Shown piece by piece: positions 1 through 12,122 of a stretch of DNA of 64,000 nt (position 1 is its first letter; each line of letters opens with the position of its first letter). The stretch spans positions 43,214,001-43,278,000 of the forward strand of contig OY740783.1 of assembly GCA_963514005.1 (NCBI GenBank), given 5' to 3'. This stretch comes from Raja brachyura (lineage: Eukaryota). Under the pieces are notes generated by a model that saw only the letters and a program-made list of their open reading frames with translations, ran no database searches and was not told the origin of the DNA. A program made the translations under genes and the position numbers.

Positions 1-365
1 TGTGCTTCTAGTTAGGTCAACCAAAGACCAATGTCCTGTTCTCTTTGCTAAGAATTTGATTACACATTATGCTTGGATGAACACACAATGGGGATATTTT
101 ACATGTGAAACCAAACCATTTTGAACAAATATGATTGAAATCCATTCTGCACATGCACAAATAGTTATTTCTGTTTAGTTTCTATTTAAGTATGCTGTCT
201 GCTTTGGGCTGTATATGATGGCTGATCTGACACAGTGCAAACCCACATCATGGCAGTTCGGGTAATGGAAATACCACTGTACGGAATTTACAAAATGATT
301 ACCAAAAGATTTTAGATAGGAAATAATAATTAGTTCTATGGATTTTGTGTGAGAAAAAATAACTT

Positions 366-690
366 GGGCGGCACGGTGCACATGGTGGAGTTGTTGCCTA
401 GCAACCCTTGCAGTGCCGAAAACCCAGGTTTGATCCTGACTATGGATGTTGTCTGTACAGAGTTTGTACGATCTCCCTGTAACTGCGTATGTTTTCACCG
501 AGATCTTCGGTTTCCTCCCACACCCTAAAGACATACAGGTCTCTAGGTAAATTGGCTTGGTATAAGTGTAAATTGTCCCTAGTGTGTGTAGGATAGTATT
601 AATGAGCGGGATCGCTGGTTGGTGCGGACTTTGAGGCCGAAGGGCCTGCTTCCGCACTGTATCTCTAAACTAAACTAAACTAAACTAAAC
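366..690 (+). mobile_element. tRNA-derived V-SINE (HE1-like), full length
   Basis: tRNA-like head, central V-domain (gtttgtacg...ggtttcctcccacac...aaagac), CR1-like 3' end ggccgaagggcctg and (taaac)n tail. Confidence 0.85.
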
Positions 691-889
691 GAACACAAAC
701 TGCAAATGAAAGTACTAATTTTGTAAATTTATGTAAAGGGTATGTGTTCTAGAAAATTACAATAATATTCAAATGGTATATCATTTAATTGCATGGCGAT
801 TCTTCAATTATCTAACAAACAAAATCCGAAAGCTTAGAGGAAAATAAACCAACTATATTTCTTAAATGTGATTATTCACCAATTTAACA

Positions 890-1393
890 TGATGATAGAG
901 TGGTACAGTGTGGAAACAGGCCCTTCAGCCCAATTTGCCCACACGTCCCAGCTACACTAGTCCTACCTGCCAGCATTTGATCTATATCAAAAAAGTTACT
1001 CCTCAGATTTCTATTAAATCTTTTCCCCTTCACCGTAATCCTATGTCCTCTGGTCCTCAATTCACCAACTCTGAGCAAGAGATTCTGTGCATCTACCCAA
1101 TCTATTCCTCCCATGATCTTATACACCTCTGTAAGATTACCCCTCATCCTCCTGCTCTCCAAGGAAGAGTCCCAGCTTACTCAACTTCTGCCAATTGCTC
1201 AGACCCTCTAGTCCTAGCAACATCCTCGTAAATCTTCTCTGTACCCTTTCCAGCTTGACAACATCATTCCAAAACACGGTGCCCAGAACTGAACACAGTA
1301 CTCTAAATGTGGCCTCACCAACGTCTTAGACAACTGCAACATGACCTCCCAACTTTTATACTCAATACTCTGGCTTACGAAGCCCAATGTACC
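890..1393 (-). mobile_element. CR1 LINE 3' fragment
   Basis: ORF2 C-terminal motifs LVRPHLEYCVQFW and RTRGH...RFNRNLRSNFF, followed by the 3' UTR. Confidence 0.9.
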
Positions 1394-1529
1394 AAACGGT
1401 GTTAATGCTAAGTACATCTGAGAATTCTACAATGTCATTCTTAGTTGTAAATGAATCGCTCATCATTTGAAATTTGTAAAAAACTATCCAGGATTAAAAC
1501 ATTAGGAACAGTTGTAAATTAAAAAAAAA

Positions 1530-1730
1530 CTCAGATACTGTAAATCTGACATTTTTAAAAACAAAGAAAATACTGAAACACTCAGCAGGACAGGTAACAG
1601 CTGTGGAATAAGAAACAAAGTTAACATTTCAGGTCAAATACCTTCTAAGAACTGAAATGTTAACCCTTTTTCGCTTTTCACAGTTGTTGTCTACCTGTTA
1701 AATGTTCCCGCAGCTTCTGTTTTTAATAAC
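1530..1730. mobile_element. Older Penelope-derived terminal module as an inverted pair, with decayed hammerhead core
   Basis: aaaatactgaaacactcagcagg...gttaacatttcagg followed by the reverse-complement arm gaaatgttaac...cagcttctgttttt. Related copies near 9765-9860, 11615-11735, 16640-16825 and 22225-22350. Confidence 0.6.
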
Positions 1731-1784
1731 AAAGATTGATTGAGTTCTGATTTGGGATATACTGATTTTAAGTCATTTATTAGT

Positions 1785-1971
1785 AACCATATAACCATAT
1801 AACAATTACAGCACAGAAACAGGCCTTCTCGGCCCTTCCAGTCTGTGCCGACCATTTATTTTCCCCTAGTCCCATCTACCTGCACTCAGACCATACCCCT
1901 CCATTCCCTTCCCGTCCATATACCTACCCACTTTACTTTTAAATGTTAAAATCGATCCTGCCTCCACCACT
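1785..1971 (-). mobile_element. CR1 3' end, (atatggtt)n-tailed subfamily
   Basis: Begins aaccatataaccatataac; homologous to the 3' ends of the copies at 53649-54180 and 60508-60998. Confidence 0.8.
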
Positions 1972-2480
1972 TTTTGACATTTTTACATTTTTGACATTTA
2001 GTGTTTTGACATTGGCTTCCTCAAAGTATTTTTTCCCTTCAATAAATTGCATTCAAGGTTAAACAGATGCATAAATGTGGCTGCATTGAAAAGAAGGCAC
2101 ACCTGCACCAACATGGGGGAGAATGTCATCGCCTTATTTGGAACCAGTGGCACCTTCTAGGATTGTGCAAGCTAGCATCTGAATCTTCCCTTCTGACTCA
2201 GAAAAGGAAGATCTACTGAACCAATGATTAGTCAGCAGTGGAACAGATATCTCTAAATATTTATGCATTCTAGTTATTGCTCACCACACTGACGGAAGTG
2301 TGGCTCACCTGCTAACTCAGAGACATCCACCAGGCTCCAAGAGTGGCAGCATGTTGTGATTTCCCAAGCAAGACAACTGATGGAAGACTGATTAATCAGA
2401 TTAAGTTTTTAATCCTAATTCCAATACTTGCACAGACATAAGCGTGAAATAAAATTCACCTCAGAGGCATTTATGAGAAA

Positions 2481-3125
2481 AAGATAGACACAAAATGCTG
2501 AAGTAACTCAACGGGTCAGGCAGCATCTTTGCAGAAAATGCATAGGTGATGTTTCGGATCGGGACTGAAGAAGTCTGAAGACGGGTCCCGACCCGAAGAA
2601 CGACTGGATAGACTCGGCATGTACTCGCTAGAATTTAGAAGATTGAGGGGGGATCTTATAGAAACTTACAAGATTCTTAAGGGGTTGGACAGGCTAGATG
2701 CAGGAAGATTGTTCCCGATGTTGGGGAAGTCCAGAACAAGGGGTCACAGTTTAAAGATAAGGGCGAAGTCTTTTAGGACCAAGATGAGAAAAACATTTTT
2801 CACACAGAGAGTGGTGAATCTCTAAAATTCTCTGCCACAGAAGGTAGTTGAGGCCAGTTCATTGGCTATATTTAAGACGGAGTTAGATGTGGCCCTTGTG
2901 GCTAAGGGGATCAGGGGGTATGGAGAGAAGGCAGGTACGGGATACTGAGTTGGATGATCAACCATGATCATATCGAAGGGCTGAATGGCCTACTGCTGCA
3001 CCTATTTTCTATGTTTCTATGAAACATCACCTATTCATTTTCTGCAGAGATGCTGCCTGAGCTGTTGAGTTACTCCAGCATTTTGTGTCCATCTTTTGTA
3101 AAAACCAGCATCAGCAGTTCCTTTT
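2481..3125. mobile_element. Penelope-derived inverted-repeat module with hammerhead core, interrupted by a CR1
   Basis: Left arm 2481-2565 is the reverse complement of the right arm, which runs 2572-2597 and resumes at 3021. Confidence 0.8.
2598..3020 (+). mobile_element. CR1 LINE 3' fragment, young
   Basis: YSLEFRRLRGDLIETYKILKGLDRLDAGRLFPMLG; (tttctatg)n tail; nearly identical to the last ~440 bp of the copy ending at 59733. Confidence 0.93.
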
Positions 3126-3451
3126 TATTACTTTTAGCAAGAATAAATTGGTGCAATATATTCATAGTGATACTGTTCACATTATTTTCTAGAAACTGTT
3201 TTTCCAGTGAGAAGAGGAGAATAATCTAAAATGGGCACATATTGAAAGAAACATATCAGCAGCTATAAAATTAAAAACAATATAATCTCCAAATATTTTA
3301 GCTAAATTGTTGACGATGTTAGTTATTATTTATCATTAATTGGATTTTCCACCTTAAAATGATCACCTACATAGAAGATGATCAATTTTATAATTATTTA
3401 TCATTTAACAGACTCAAAAGATGACACAATTTATTCTCCCATGGGACTTAC

Positions 3452-3745
3452 TTGGAGCAAGTGGTGTACGGAATGTGACTTCCTTGCTGTAGTCACTGTA
3501 ATTAGAATTCTTACACCCCTTCACTCTGAAGAGGTAGCTGCTGTTGATGTCGAGGTTGGTTATGACTTTACTTGTTCCGCTCACATCCTCGGTAGACTGC
3601 CAGACAGAGTCTCCACCTTGGTCAAGTTTCCTGTACTCGAGTTTATAGTGGTCGGCAGGAGGGGTGCCTTCGGGCTGCTGCCAACAGATGATTCCTTCGT
3701 CATACAGCCAGCTCTGCTTCTGGTCAATAATCGGTGCATCTGGAA
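3452..3745 (-). CDS. TRIM46: TRIM46/TRIM36-family exon: fibronectin type III domain (294 nt, phase 1 to 1)
   Basis: (V)PDAPIIDQKQSWLYDEGIICWQQPEGTPPADHYKLEYRKLDQGGDSVWQSTEDVSGTSKVITNLDINSSYLFRVKGCKNSNYSDYSKEVTFRTPLAP. Boundaries ttccag|TTCCA and A|gtaagt. Confidence 0.95.
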
Positions 3746-4084
3746 CTGGAACATTAGGCATGAGTTATTATTCCATGTATCGTTTACTCCAAGACAATGG
3801 TTGCTTCACCATAATGGTTGCATTATCCTAACTCACCCATATTACTCCGTCAGTACCTCCTAAACCCAAACCTCTGCTATCCAGAATAGCACGGGCGGCA
3901 AGTGCATAAGAAAACCACCCAACCATGTTCCCCTTGGATTTATATAGCTATTCCTTCATTGCTGCTGGATCTAAATTCTAGAACCTCTTCCCCAACACTA
4001 TTACAGAAGTACCCTCCCCTGAAGGACTGCAATGGTTCAAGAAGATAGCTCACCGCCAACTTGTGAAGGCCAATGAGGAATGGA

Positions 4085-4580
4085 CAATAAATGCTGATCT
4101 TGCCAGGACTAGAGGGTCTGAGCTATAGGGAGAGGTTGAGTAGACTGGGTCTCAATTCCTTGGAGCACAGGAGGATATGGGATGATCTTATAAAATGAGG
4201 TGCATAAAATCATGAGAGGAATAGATTGGGTAATGCACAGAATCTCTTGGGTAATGCACAGAATCTCTTGCCCAGAGAAGGGGAATTGAGGACAAGAGGA
4301 CATGGGTTCAAGGTGAAGGGGAAAAGATTTAATAGGAATCTGAGAGGTAACTTTTTCACACAAAGGGTGGTGGGTGTATGGAACAAGCTGCCAGAGGAGG
4401 GAGTTAAGGTTGGGACTATCCCAACGTTTAAGAAACAGTTAGATAGGTACATGGATAGGACAGGTTTGGAGGGATATGGACCAAGTGCAGGCAGGTGGGA
4501 CTTGTGTAGCTGGGACATGTTGGCTGATGTGAGTAAGTTGGGCCGAAGAATCTGTTTCCACACTGTATCAATCTATGACT
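4085..4580 (+). mobile_element. CR1 LINE 3' fragment, (tatgactc)-tailed subfamily
   Basis: RTRGHGFKVKGKRFNRNLRGNFFTQRVVGVWNKLP; contains an internal 21-bp tandem duplication. Confidence 0.9.
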
Positions 4581-5179
4581 CGATCTTGCCAGTGCCACCT
4601 ACATCTCAGAGAATTATTAAATAGAATTGATAGCCTTAAATCAATGGAAGGGAGATTATTGGAGAGATTCTCAGGGATAGGATCTACTCACATCTGGAAG
4701 AAAATGAACCTTTTAGGGATAGTCAGTGTGGCTTTGTGCAGGGGAGGTCATGTCTTACAAACTTGATTGAGTTTACTAAGGAGGTGTTGATGAAGCTTGA
4801 TGTGGGTATGGCCGTAGACATTGCTTTACAGGGACTTTAGTAAAAGTTTTTACAAACTCTCTCATTGATGATCAAGAAGATTAAGGCACATGCGAACCAT
4901 GGAGACAGTACTCTGGATTCTAAATTAGCTTGGCCGTAGAAGACAGGGGTGATAGTGGAGAGGTTATTTTGACTGTAGGATCATGGCCAGTGATATTCTA
5001 CAAGGAGTAAACTGTTGTTTCTGATATATACAAATGATTTGGATGAAAATGTAGATGGAAAGTTTGCAGACAACAAAAAAAAAATTGCAGTGAGGAAGGT
5101 TATCAGCAAAATGTAACCAGTTGGTGATATGGCTGGAGAAACTCCAGATAGAGGTTAATCCAAACATTGTATGGCGTGT

Positions 5180-6798
5180 GGGTACACAAAAGGCTGGAGA
5201 AACTCAGCAGGTGCAGCAGCATCTAAGGAGCGAAGGAGATAGGCAACGTTTCGGGCCGAAACCTTTCTTCAGACTGATGGAGGGTGGGGGGTGGGGGAGG
5301 GGGGCGGAGAGAAGAAAGGAAAAAGGAGGAGGAGGAGGCCGAGGGCTCAGGAAGAGTTGGGAAGCGGAGGAGACAGCAAGGGTTAACAGAATTGAGAAAA
5401 TTCAATGTTCAAGCCAAGAGGATGCAGACACCGCAAGCGGAATATGAGGTGCTGTTCCTCCAATTTGCGGTGTTGCTCACTCTGGCCGTGGAGGAGGCCC
5501 AGGACAGAGAGGTCGGATACGGAATGGGAGGGGGAGTTGAAGTGCTGAGCCACCAGGAGGTCGGGTTGGTTATTGCGGACCGAGCAGAGGTGTTTGGCGA
5601 AACGATCGGCAAGCCTCCGCTTGGTCTTACCGATATAGATCAGCTGGCATCTAGAGCAGCGGATGCAGTAGATGAGGTTGGAGGAGGTTTAGGTGAACCT
5701 CTGTCGGACCTGGAAGGACTGTTTGGGTCCCTGAAAGGAGTGGAGCGGGGATGTAAAGGGACAAGTGTAGCATCTCTTGCGGTTGCAAGGGAAAGTGCCC
5801 GGGGAAGGGGTGGAGCGGAGGGAAGGGAAGAATTGACGAGGGAGTTGCGGAGGGAGCGGTCTTTGCAGAAGGCAGACAGAGGGGGAGATGGGAAGATGTG
5901 GCGAGTGGTGGGGTCACATTGGAGGTGGCGAAACTGGCGGAGGACTATGTGCCGGCTGGTGGGGTGAAAGGTGAGGACCAGGGGGACTCTGCCCTTGTTG
6001 CGAGTGGGGGAATGGGAGAGAGGGCAGTGTTGCGGGGTATGGAGGAGACCCTGGTGTGAGCCTCATCTATAGTGGGGGAGGGGAATTCCCGTTCTCTGAA
6101 GAATGAGGACATTTGTGATGACCTGGTGTGGAACACCTCATCCTGGGAGCAGATGCGTCGTAGATGGAGGAATTGGGAATAGGGGATGGAGTCCTTACAG
6201 GAAGCAGGGTGGGAGGAAGAGTAGTCCAGGTAGCCATGGGAGTCAGTGGATGTCGGTCAGGAGTGAATCCCCTGCAATGGAGATGGTGAGGTCAAGGAAT
6301 GGTAGGGAAGTGTCGGAAATGGTCCAGGTGTATTTGAGTGCCGGATGGAAGTTGGTGGTGAAACGGATGAAGTTAGTCAGTTGAGTGTGGGTGCAGGAGG
6401 TGACACCAATGCAGTCGTCGCTGTAACGGAGGTAGAGGTCGGGGATGGGGCCCTGGTACGCCGAGAACAAGGATTGTTCGACGTACCCGACAAAGAGGCA
6501 GGCGTAGCTGGGGCCCATGCGTGTGCCCATAGCTACGCCTTGTATTTGGAGGAAATGGGAGGAGTTAAAAGAGAAGTTATTGAGGGTAAGGACCAACTCC
6601 GCTAGGCGGAGGAGCATGTCAGTGGACAGGTATGGGTTGCTCCTATGGTCGAGGAAGAACCGGAGGGCTTTGAGACCATCCTGGTGGGGGATGGTGGTGT
6701 AGAGCGAGTGGACGTCCATGGTGAAGATGAGAGGATGGGGGCCTGGAGAATGGAATGCGCGGAGACAACAGAGAGTGTCTGAGGTGTCTTGAATATAG
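5180..6798 (-). mobile_element. Penelope-like element, 5'-truncated: RT remnant plus terminal hammerhead module, 12-bp TSD
   Basis: ORF 6243..6815 has PLE-type RT motifs MDVHSLYTTIPH, GVAMGTRMGPSYACLFVG, YLRYSDDC and LPFLDL. Perfect TSD tgtatggcgtgt at 5168-5179 and 6799-6810. Confidence 0.92.
5243..5275 (-). ncRNA. Minimal type I hammerhead-ribozyme motif in the Penelope terminus
   Basis: Minus strand agt-CTGAAGA-aaggtttcggccc-GAAAC-GTT-gc; stem II has a mismatch and stem I is very short. Confidence 0.55.
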
Positions 6799-7624
6799 TG
6801 TATGGCGTGTTGCACCTTCGGAGTTCAAATGTAAGACAAAAGTATACAGTAAATGGCAGAACCCTGAGGAGCACTGATTTACACAAAGATTTTGGAGTAC
6901 AAGTCCATAGCTCTCTGAACCTAGCAACACAAGTGAACAGGGTGGTAAAGAAGGCATAAAGCATCCTCACCTTCATCGGGCAGGGTGTTCAAGATAAAAG
7001 AAGGGACGTTTATGAGGTTGCATTTGGAGCATTGTGTACAGTTCTGGTCATTACATTACAGGAAGGAGAAAGAGGTTTTGGAGAGGGTGCAGAAGAGGTT
7101 TACCAGGAATTTGCCTGGATTAGTGGGTATGAGCTATAAGCAGAGCATGGACAAACCTGGATTGCTTTCTCTGGGGCATCAGATATTGAGAGGAGACCTG
7201 ATCGTATATAAAATTATGAGAGACATAGATAGGTTGGATACTCAGTTTTTCACCAGAGCTGAAAGGTCAAATACTGGAGGTCATAGCTTTATGATGAGTG
7301 GGGGAAAGTTGAAAGAAGGTGAATGAGACAGTTTTTTTCTTACATTGAGAGTGGTAGATACCTGGAACACGCCGCCAGATGCAGTGGTGGAAGCAACTAC
7401 AATAACAATGTTTAAGATACATTAAGACATGAAGTGGCAGAGAATTAATTATCAGTTTGCAGTTTAAGTTGGCGTCATAGTCAGCACAAACATTGTGAAC
7501 CAAGGGGACTATTCCTGTGTGGTACTGTGTTTTGTTCTATCTAAAATATACATATATGAATATACAATGTTCCTAATAATTAACAATACAAGAGAGCCAC
7601 AGGGGAACTGCAGAATGATTTACC

Positions 7625-7710
7625 AAAAGTGCTGGAGTAACTCAGTGGGTCAGGCAGCATCTCTGGAGAACATGGATAAGCAACGTTTCGGGTCAGGAAC
7701 CTCTTCAGAT
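7625..7710 (-). mobile_element. Penelope-derived terminal module with hammerhead core
   Basis: gctggagtaactcag...caacgtttcgggtcaggaacctcttcag. Confidence 0.75.
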
Positions 7711-10700
7711 ACATGTTTGGGAATACAAATCAATAATGCAATTCTCTTTTCTTAACTATGGCTTCTAATTAGATTTTCTGTTAGACAAGAATGTAAGAAG
7801 TAATCCTATGAATTGACTGAAGATAATTAAAACTTCTTGAAACACTCTGTTTGAACCTGCATAACATCCAGTATTGTTGATTTCATTAATATTAAATTGG
7901 AAAAGCAATTTGTAAAATGGCAAGATTTAAAATCTGAATTACATGAACAAAATAAAGCAAATTCAATTAAAGAGACCTGTAGCTTGCAAAATGCACATCA
8001 GTATTCATCAGACAGCACAAACGTAACTAGTTTTAGAAGATAAATTAGTGCTCAAGGTTAACAAATGGGACACAAAGAGCTTCCTTCAGTCTGTGCCAAC
8101 ATTTCAGTGGGCGCATTTATTAAGTGGTGCAGTAATAATCTATTCTGACACAGAAGGTCTGAGCTTTGATTCTTGATTTTTAATGTGTTTCCTCAGGGAT
8201 TTTAATGGGTCGGGAGAAAAAGAAACATCACACATCTAGAAAGTATTTGATTTTTTTTAAAGTATCTACTGAATGAGAATCGCACCAGACCCAGCCATTT
8301 ACCAGACATGTGTGCTGTTGATAATGTTGCTACCCTGATCCTCAATAAATCTGCGTCATCCTACATTCCCACGAGTGAATACCGCACTGGACAAAGCTAA
8401 GATTAAGTTAAGGATCACCAGAGGTAAACATTAACCTAAACAGGGCGATTGTAGAAAGGCCTGTGAGTTAATGCAGGGTGTGGATCCACTGTAGGGGCTA
8501 CTATTCTGATAATGATAACTTGTAATGTAACTACCCTAAAAAATCTTGTGATCAGGCATAAATATATGGGGCAAGAGGCACCTACACTGCACAGACTGAA
8601 GAATCAGACTTAAAACGGTGTTTAAAATGATGGCCATCTCATTGGGCCCACTAAAAAAGTAACTTTGCTTGATTATTAAACTTGAAGAAAGATTCAAGGT
8701 CATTCAATGCCAGGAGCTGGTCTTCCCTGGAAGGTTGCTATCAGCACCTGGGCTTATCTCCCAAACCACTGCCAGGGAGTCCAGCAGTGCCCTTCTCATA
8801 ATCTCCATTATCCTTCAGTATTTATCCAACACCAGCCCACCTCTCTCCTTGCCATATATTAACTTGCCTCTACCTCAACAATCATCTCTTCTCCCCCTTC
8901 CTATCATATCCTCTCCAATCTCTCAATCTTCCCCTGAGGCCTTCAATCTCCCCAATTCCCTGAAGCCTGCTTTCTTCTGTCCGATCAAGTCATTCTTTCA
9001 CCTACCAAACCTACCACACACCTCACATGATCATCTCCAACACCTTCCCCCTGCCCAATCACCCTTGCTCTTTTCTCCCCTACCCCTCCACCCCGGCCCC
9101 TCTCCAATCTTCCTTACTATTCCCAAGTGATTGAATCCAAAAACAGCCTTCAATCTTCCCCACACCATTCTTCTTTCTCCATCACTCTGGGTGGTGACAA
9201 CAACAAAGTCAACCACACACTTTGTGTGCAAGGTTGTAATTGACAGTTCTAACATGTTCAAATCTTTGGGCATCATGCTGTTTATGTTTTGGAACCTTGT
9301 GGACTTTTTCAAATCTAGAATGGAACAAACATTTGCCCATCCATCGTTTCACAAGAGGTGAAGCATTCTAAACCACCACTGTATTGGAAGAACCAAGAAT
9401 GGTCTATCCCATCACCTCTGCTACATTAGCTCAGGGGGGCATCTGGAGGGAGGTCCCAGCAAAAGTCTAATAGTCTCCACTGTAACAATAAGTACAAAGC
9501 ATATACTGAACTAAAGCAGCTCCAACCAACAGCCAAAGATAGTGTTTATTTAGCTTATTATTACTGTCACATGTACTGAGGTACAGTGAATAAACTGCTT
9601 CAATGAAAGTAAATATAAAGGATGCCGGAGGGTTCAATAAAACATAGAAACATAGAAAATAGGTGCAGGAGTAGGCTATTTGGCCCTTCGAGCCAGCACC
9701 ATCATTCAATATGATCATGGCTGATCATCCAAAATCAATATCCCATTCCTGCTTTCTCCCCAAAAACAGCAAATAATCAAAATACTCAGCAGGTCAGGGA
9801 CATATGGAGGGAGAAACAGGACTAACATTTTTAGGTCCATGGCTTTCTGCTTTAGAACTAAATATTAGCCAGACTGCAATGTTTCATAAACTAAACCATA
9901 TCATCTTCCAACTATGCACAAGGGTACTTTGGCAACAAATCTAGTCGCTGTCATGAGAGGCTTTTGGACTTTGAAATTTCATTTTACGACAGGAAGGATG
10001 TTGCTACAATTTGAATATCATATAAAATGCGAGGAGCTCAGAAACTACCAGTGGACTTTAAGTGCATCTAAGTACAGAACATTAATATTTTAATTTTTTG
10101 TACAATCAATGCATTATTTAAAAGCCACTCAGTTCCTGAATTCCAGCTCCAAAGGCACAAAGTGCAGCTTAATAACATCCTGCCTCAGCAGCAGCCATTT
10201 CCATGGAGACTGAATCTGGCCTAAATGCCTCATTTATCATCACTCTTAATGCAGTTATTGATCTATTAGAAGTAAGTGAAGCTGACCATTAAGCTACCTA
10301 CAGACTGTTGGAGTCTTTGCCAGTATCAATGAAACTAACATTATATTATTTATTCCACTGCTATCAAACACAGATGTATTATTGTTTAACTAAGAATGGA
10401 TTTAACCCAGGGCATCAAGGAGATTGGCAGCTTTCACAGGTATAATGGACTAAATTTACTAACCCAGCATGCAACGAGGAAGCACAGAACTTCACGGGGA
10501 AAATTGTAGAGCCAACTGCAAGCTGAATCATCTGTGAAATGATTCATTAATACAGAGACAACACCATCACAAGACAGTTTGTTTTTCTGCTTGCTTCATG
10601 CATCATCTGTGTTATGGTTACCCACAGATTTTTCAAGTCAACAATAAATGTTCACTAGGGGTAGGTTGTTGAAAAGTTCAGAAATCTTCTCTGTCAAGTT

Positions 10701-10815
10701 TTGTGTGAAAATTAATCAAATGTACTGCACTCATTCCTTGTGATCTGTTGATTTGCTTCCTGTGGGTACGAGGAATAACGAGGTCACTCCCAGGCACCAT
10801 CTCAAATTTCTTCTA

Positions 10816-11108
10816 ACACGGTGGCGTAGCGGTACAGCACCAGAGACACGGGTTCAATCCTGACTATGGGTGCACAGAGTTTGTACGTTCCCCCCTTGAC
10901 TTGCGTAGGTATTCTCCAAGATCATCGGTTTCCACCCCCACTCCAAAGAAGTACAGGTTTATAGGTTAATTGGCTTGGTATAAATGCATAAATGTAAAAA
11001 TGTCCCTAGTGTATGTAGGGTAGTGTTAATGTGCAGAGATCGTTGGTCGGTGCGGACTAGGTGGGCCGAAGGGCCTGTTTCCGTGCAGTATCTCAAAACT
11101 AAACTAAA
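10816..11108 (+). mobile_element. V-SINE (HE1-like)
   Basis: B-box-like gggttcaatcc, V-domain and (taaac) tail. Confidence 0.85.
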
Positions 11109-12122
11109 TATATCTCTGTACATTGAGCAACTAAGCATTATAGTCATAGCATTGTACAGATCAAAAACAGGCCCTTCAGTCCACCACATCGATGCTGACT
11201 TTTTGTCAGTCTGCATAATCTAATTTACCTGCATTAGGTTGGTATCCTTCTATACCTTGCCGATTGACGTACATGATTAGATTCCTCTAAGTGCAGAAAT
11301 TGGATCTGATTCCAATACTTCCTCTGGCAGTGCATTCCAGTCAGCAACTACTCTTAGTTTGAAAAACCTAACTTTTAGATCCCCTTTCAAGCACCTTCCT
11401 GTCACCCAAAATCAATGTCCTCGTGTTTTTTATAATTCCATCATGGGAAATAGATTTTGACTATCTACTCTCTCTATGGTTCACAATGTTCTTTACCTCC
11501 AGCAGCTTCCTTCTCTCCAGGGAAAACAAGCCCAGTCCATCAAGTTTTACCTCATCAGTGACATCCCTCCTCTCCCACCCTCCCTGCAACTTAACAACGT
11601 TCTTTTGTCTCCTTCCCAGTTCTGAGAAAGATCTTTGATCTGACATGTTTAACTCTGTTTCTATTCCACACAGATGTGATCTGACCTGTTCTGAGTATTT
11701 CCAGCATTTTAGTTCTCTTTCTGGCTTCCAGCATTATCATTTATCTACATGAAGGTGAAGGTGGGGTGCAAAAATAATGCAAAAACTGTTGTGCAGCATA
11801 TTATAATATTTTGTGGTGTCTCATATGTTGTGTTGTATTATTTGTAGTGCTTGTCTCAACATAGTTATTTGTTGCATTTGCTTTCAATAACATTTGGAAA
11901 GGAGATCTGGCTTGGACTGCAGTCTGAGCCCTGCCAATTTATGCCTGATCCAGAGAGGCTTGGGCGACCCTGCCTGCCAGCTACCTGCAGTGGGTGGGGC
12001 AGCGTGTGAACCATGTCAGAGCAGAAAGAGCAACCCAACTTCAGGCTCTCCTTTGAAAAACCTTTTATTTTGACTGAGATTTGGTCCCGTAAGGTCATAA
12101 GAGTTAGATATAGCTCTTAGGG

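Larger units (their letters stand above)
4630..7540 (+). mobile_element. Old CR1 RT fragment split by a Penelope insertion (CR1 parts about 4630-5179 and 6811-7540)
   Basis: Decayed RT-coding sequence (tcatgtcttacaaacttgattgagtt, aagtttgcaga) resumes after 6810 and continues to HLEHCVQFWSLHYRK...ERVQKRFTR. Confidence 0.8.

Noticed and set aside
1-3451. Search for the SPRY/B30.2 exons here and for the RING exon in 58075-64000
   Set aside because: No matching translation seen by eye; these exons presumably lie outside the window.
3378-3863. 161-aa plus-strand ORF
   Set aside because: Antisense shadow of the FN3 exon.
5284-5967. 227-aa plus-strand ORF
   Set aside because: Antisense reading of the Penelope-like element; low-complexity and not an independent gene.
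8669-9130. 153-aa Pro/Ser/Leu-rich ORF
   Set aside because: Arises from CT-rich low-complexity sequence, probably a decayed repeat; no recognisable domain.
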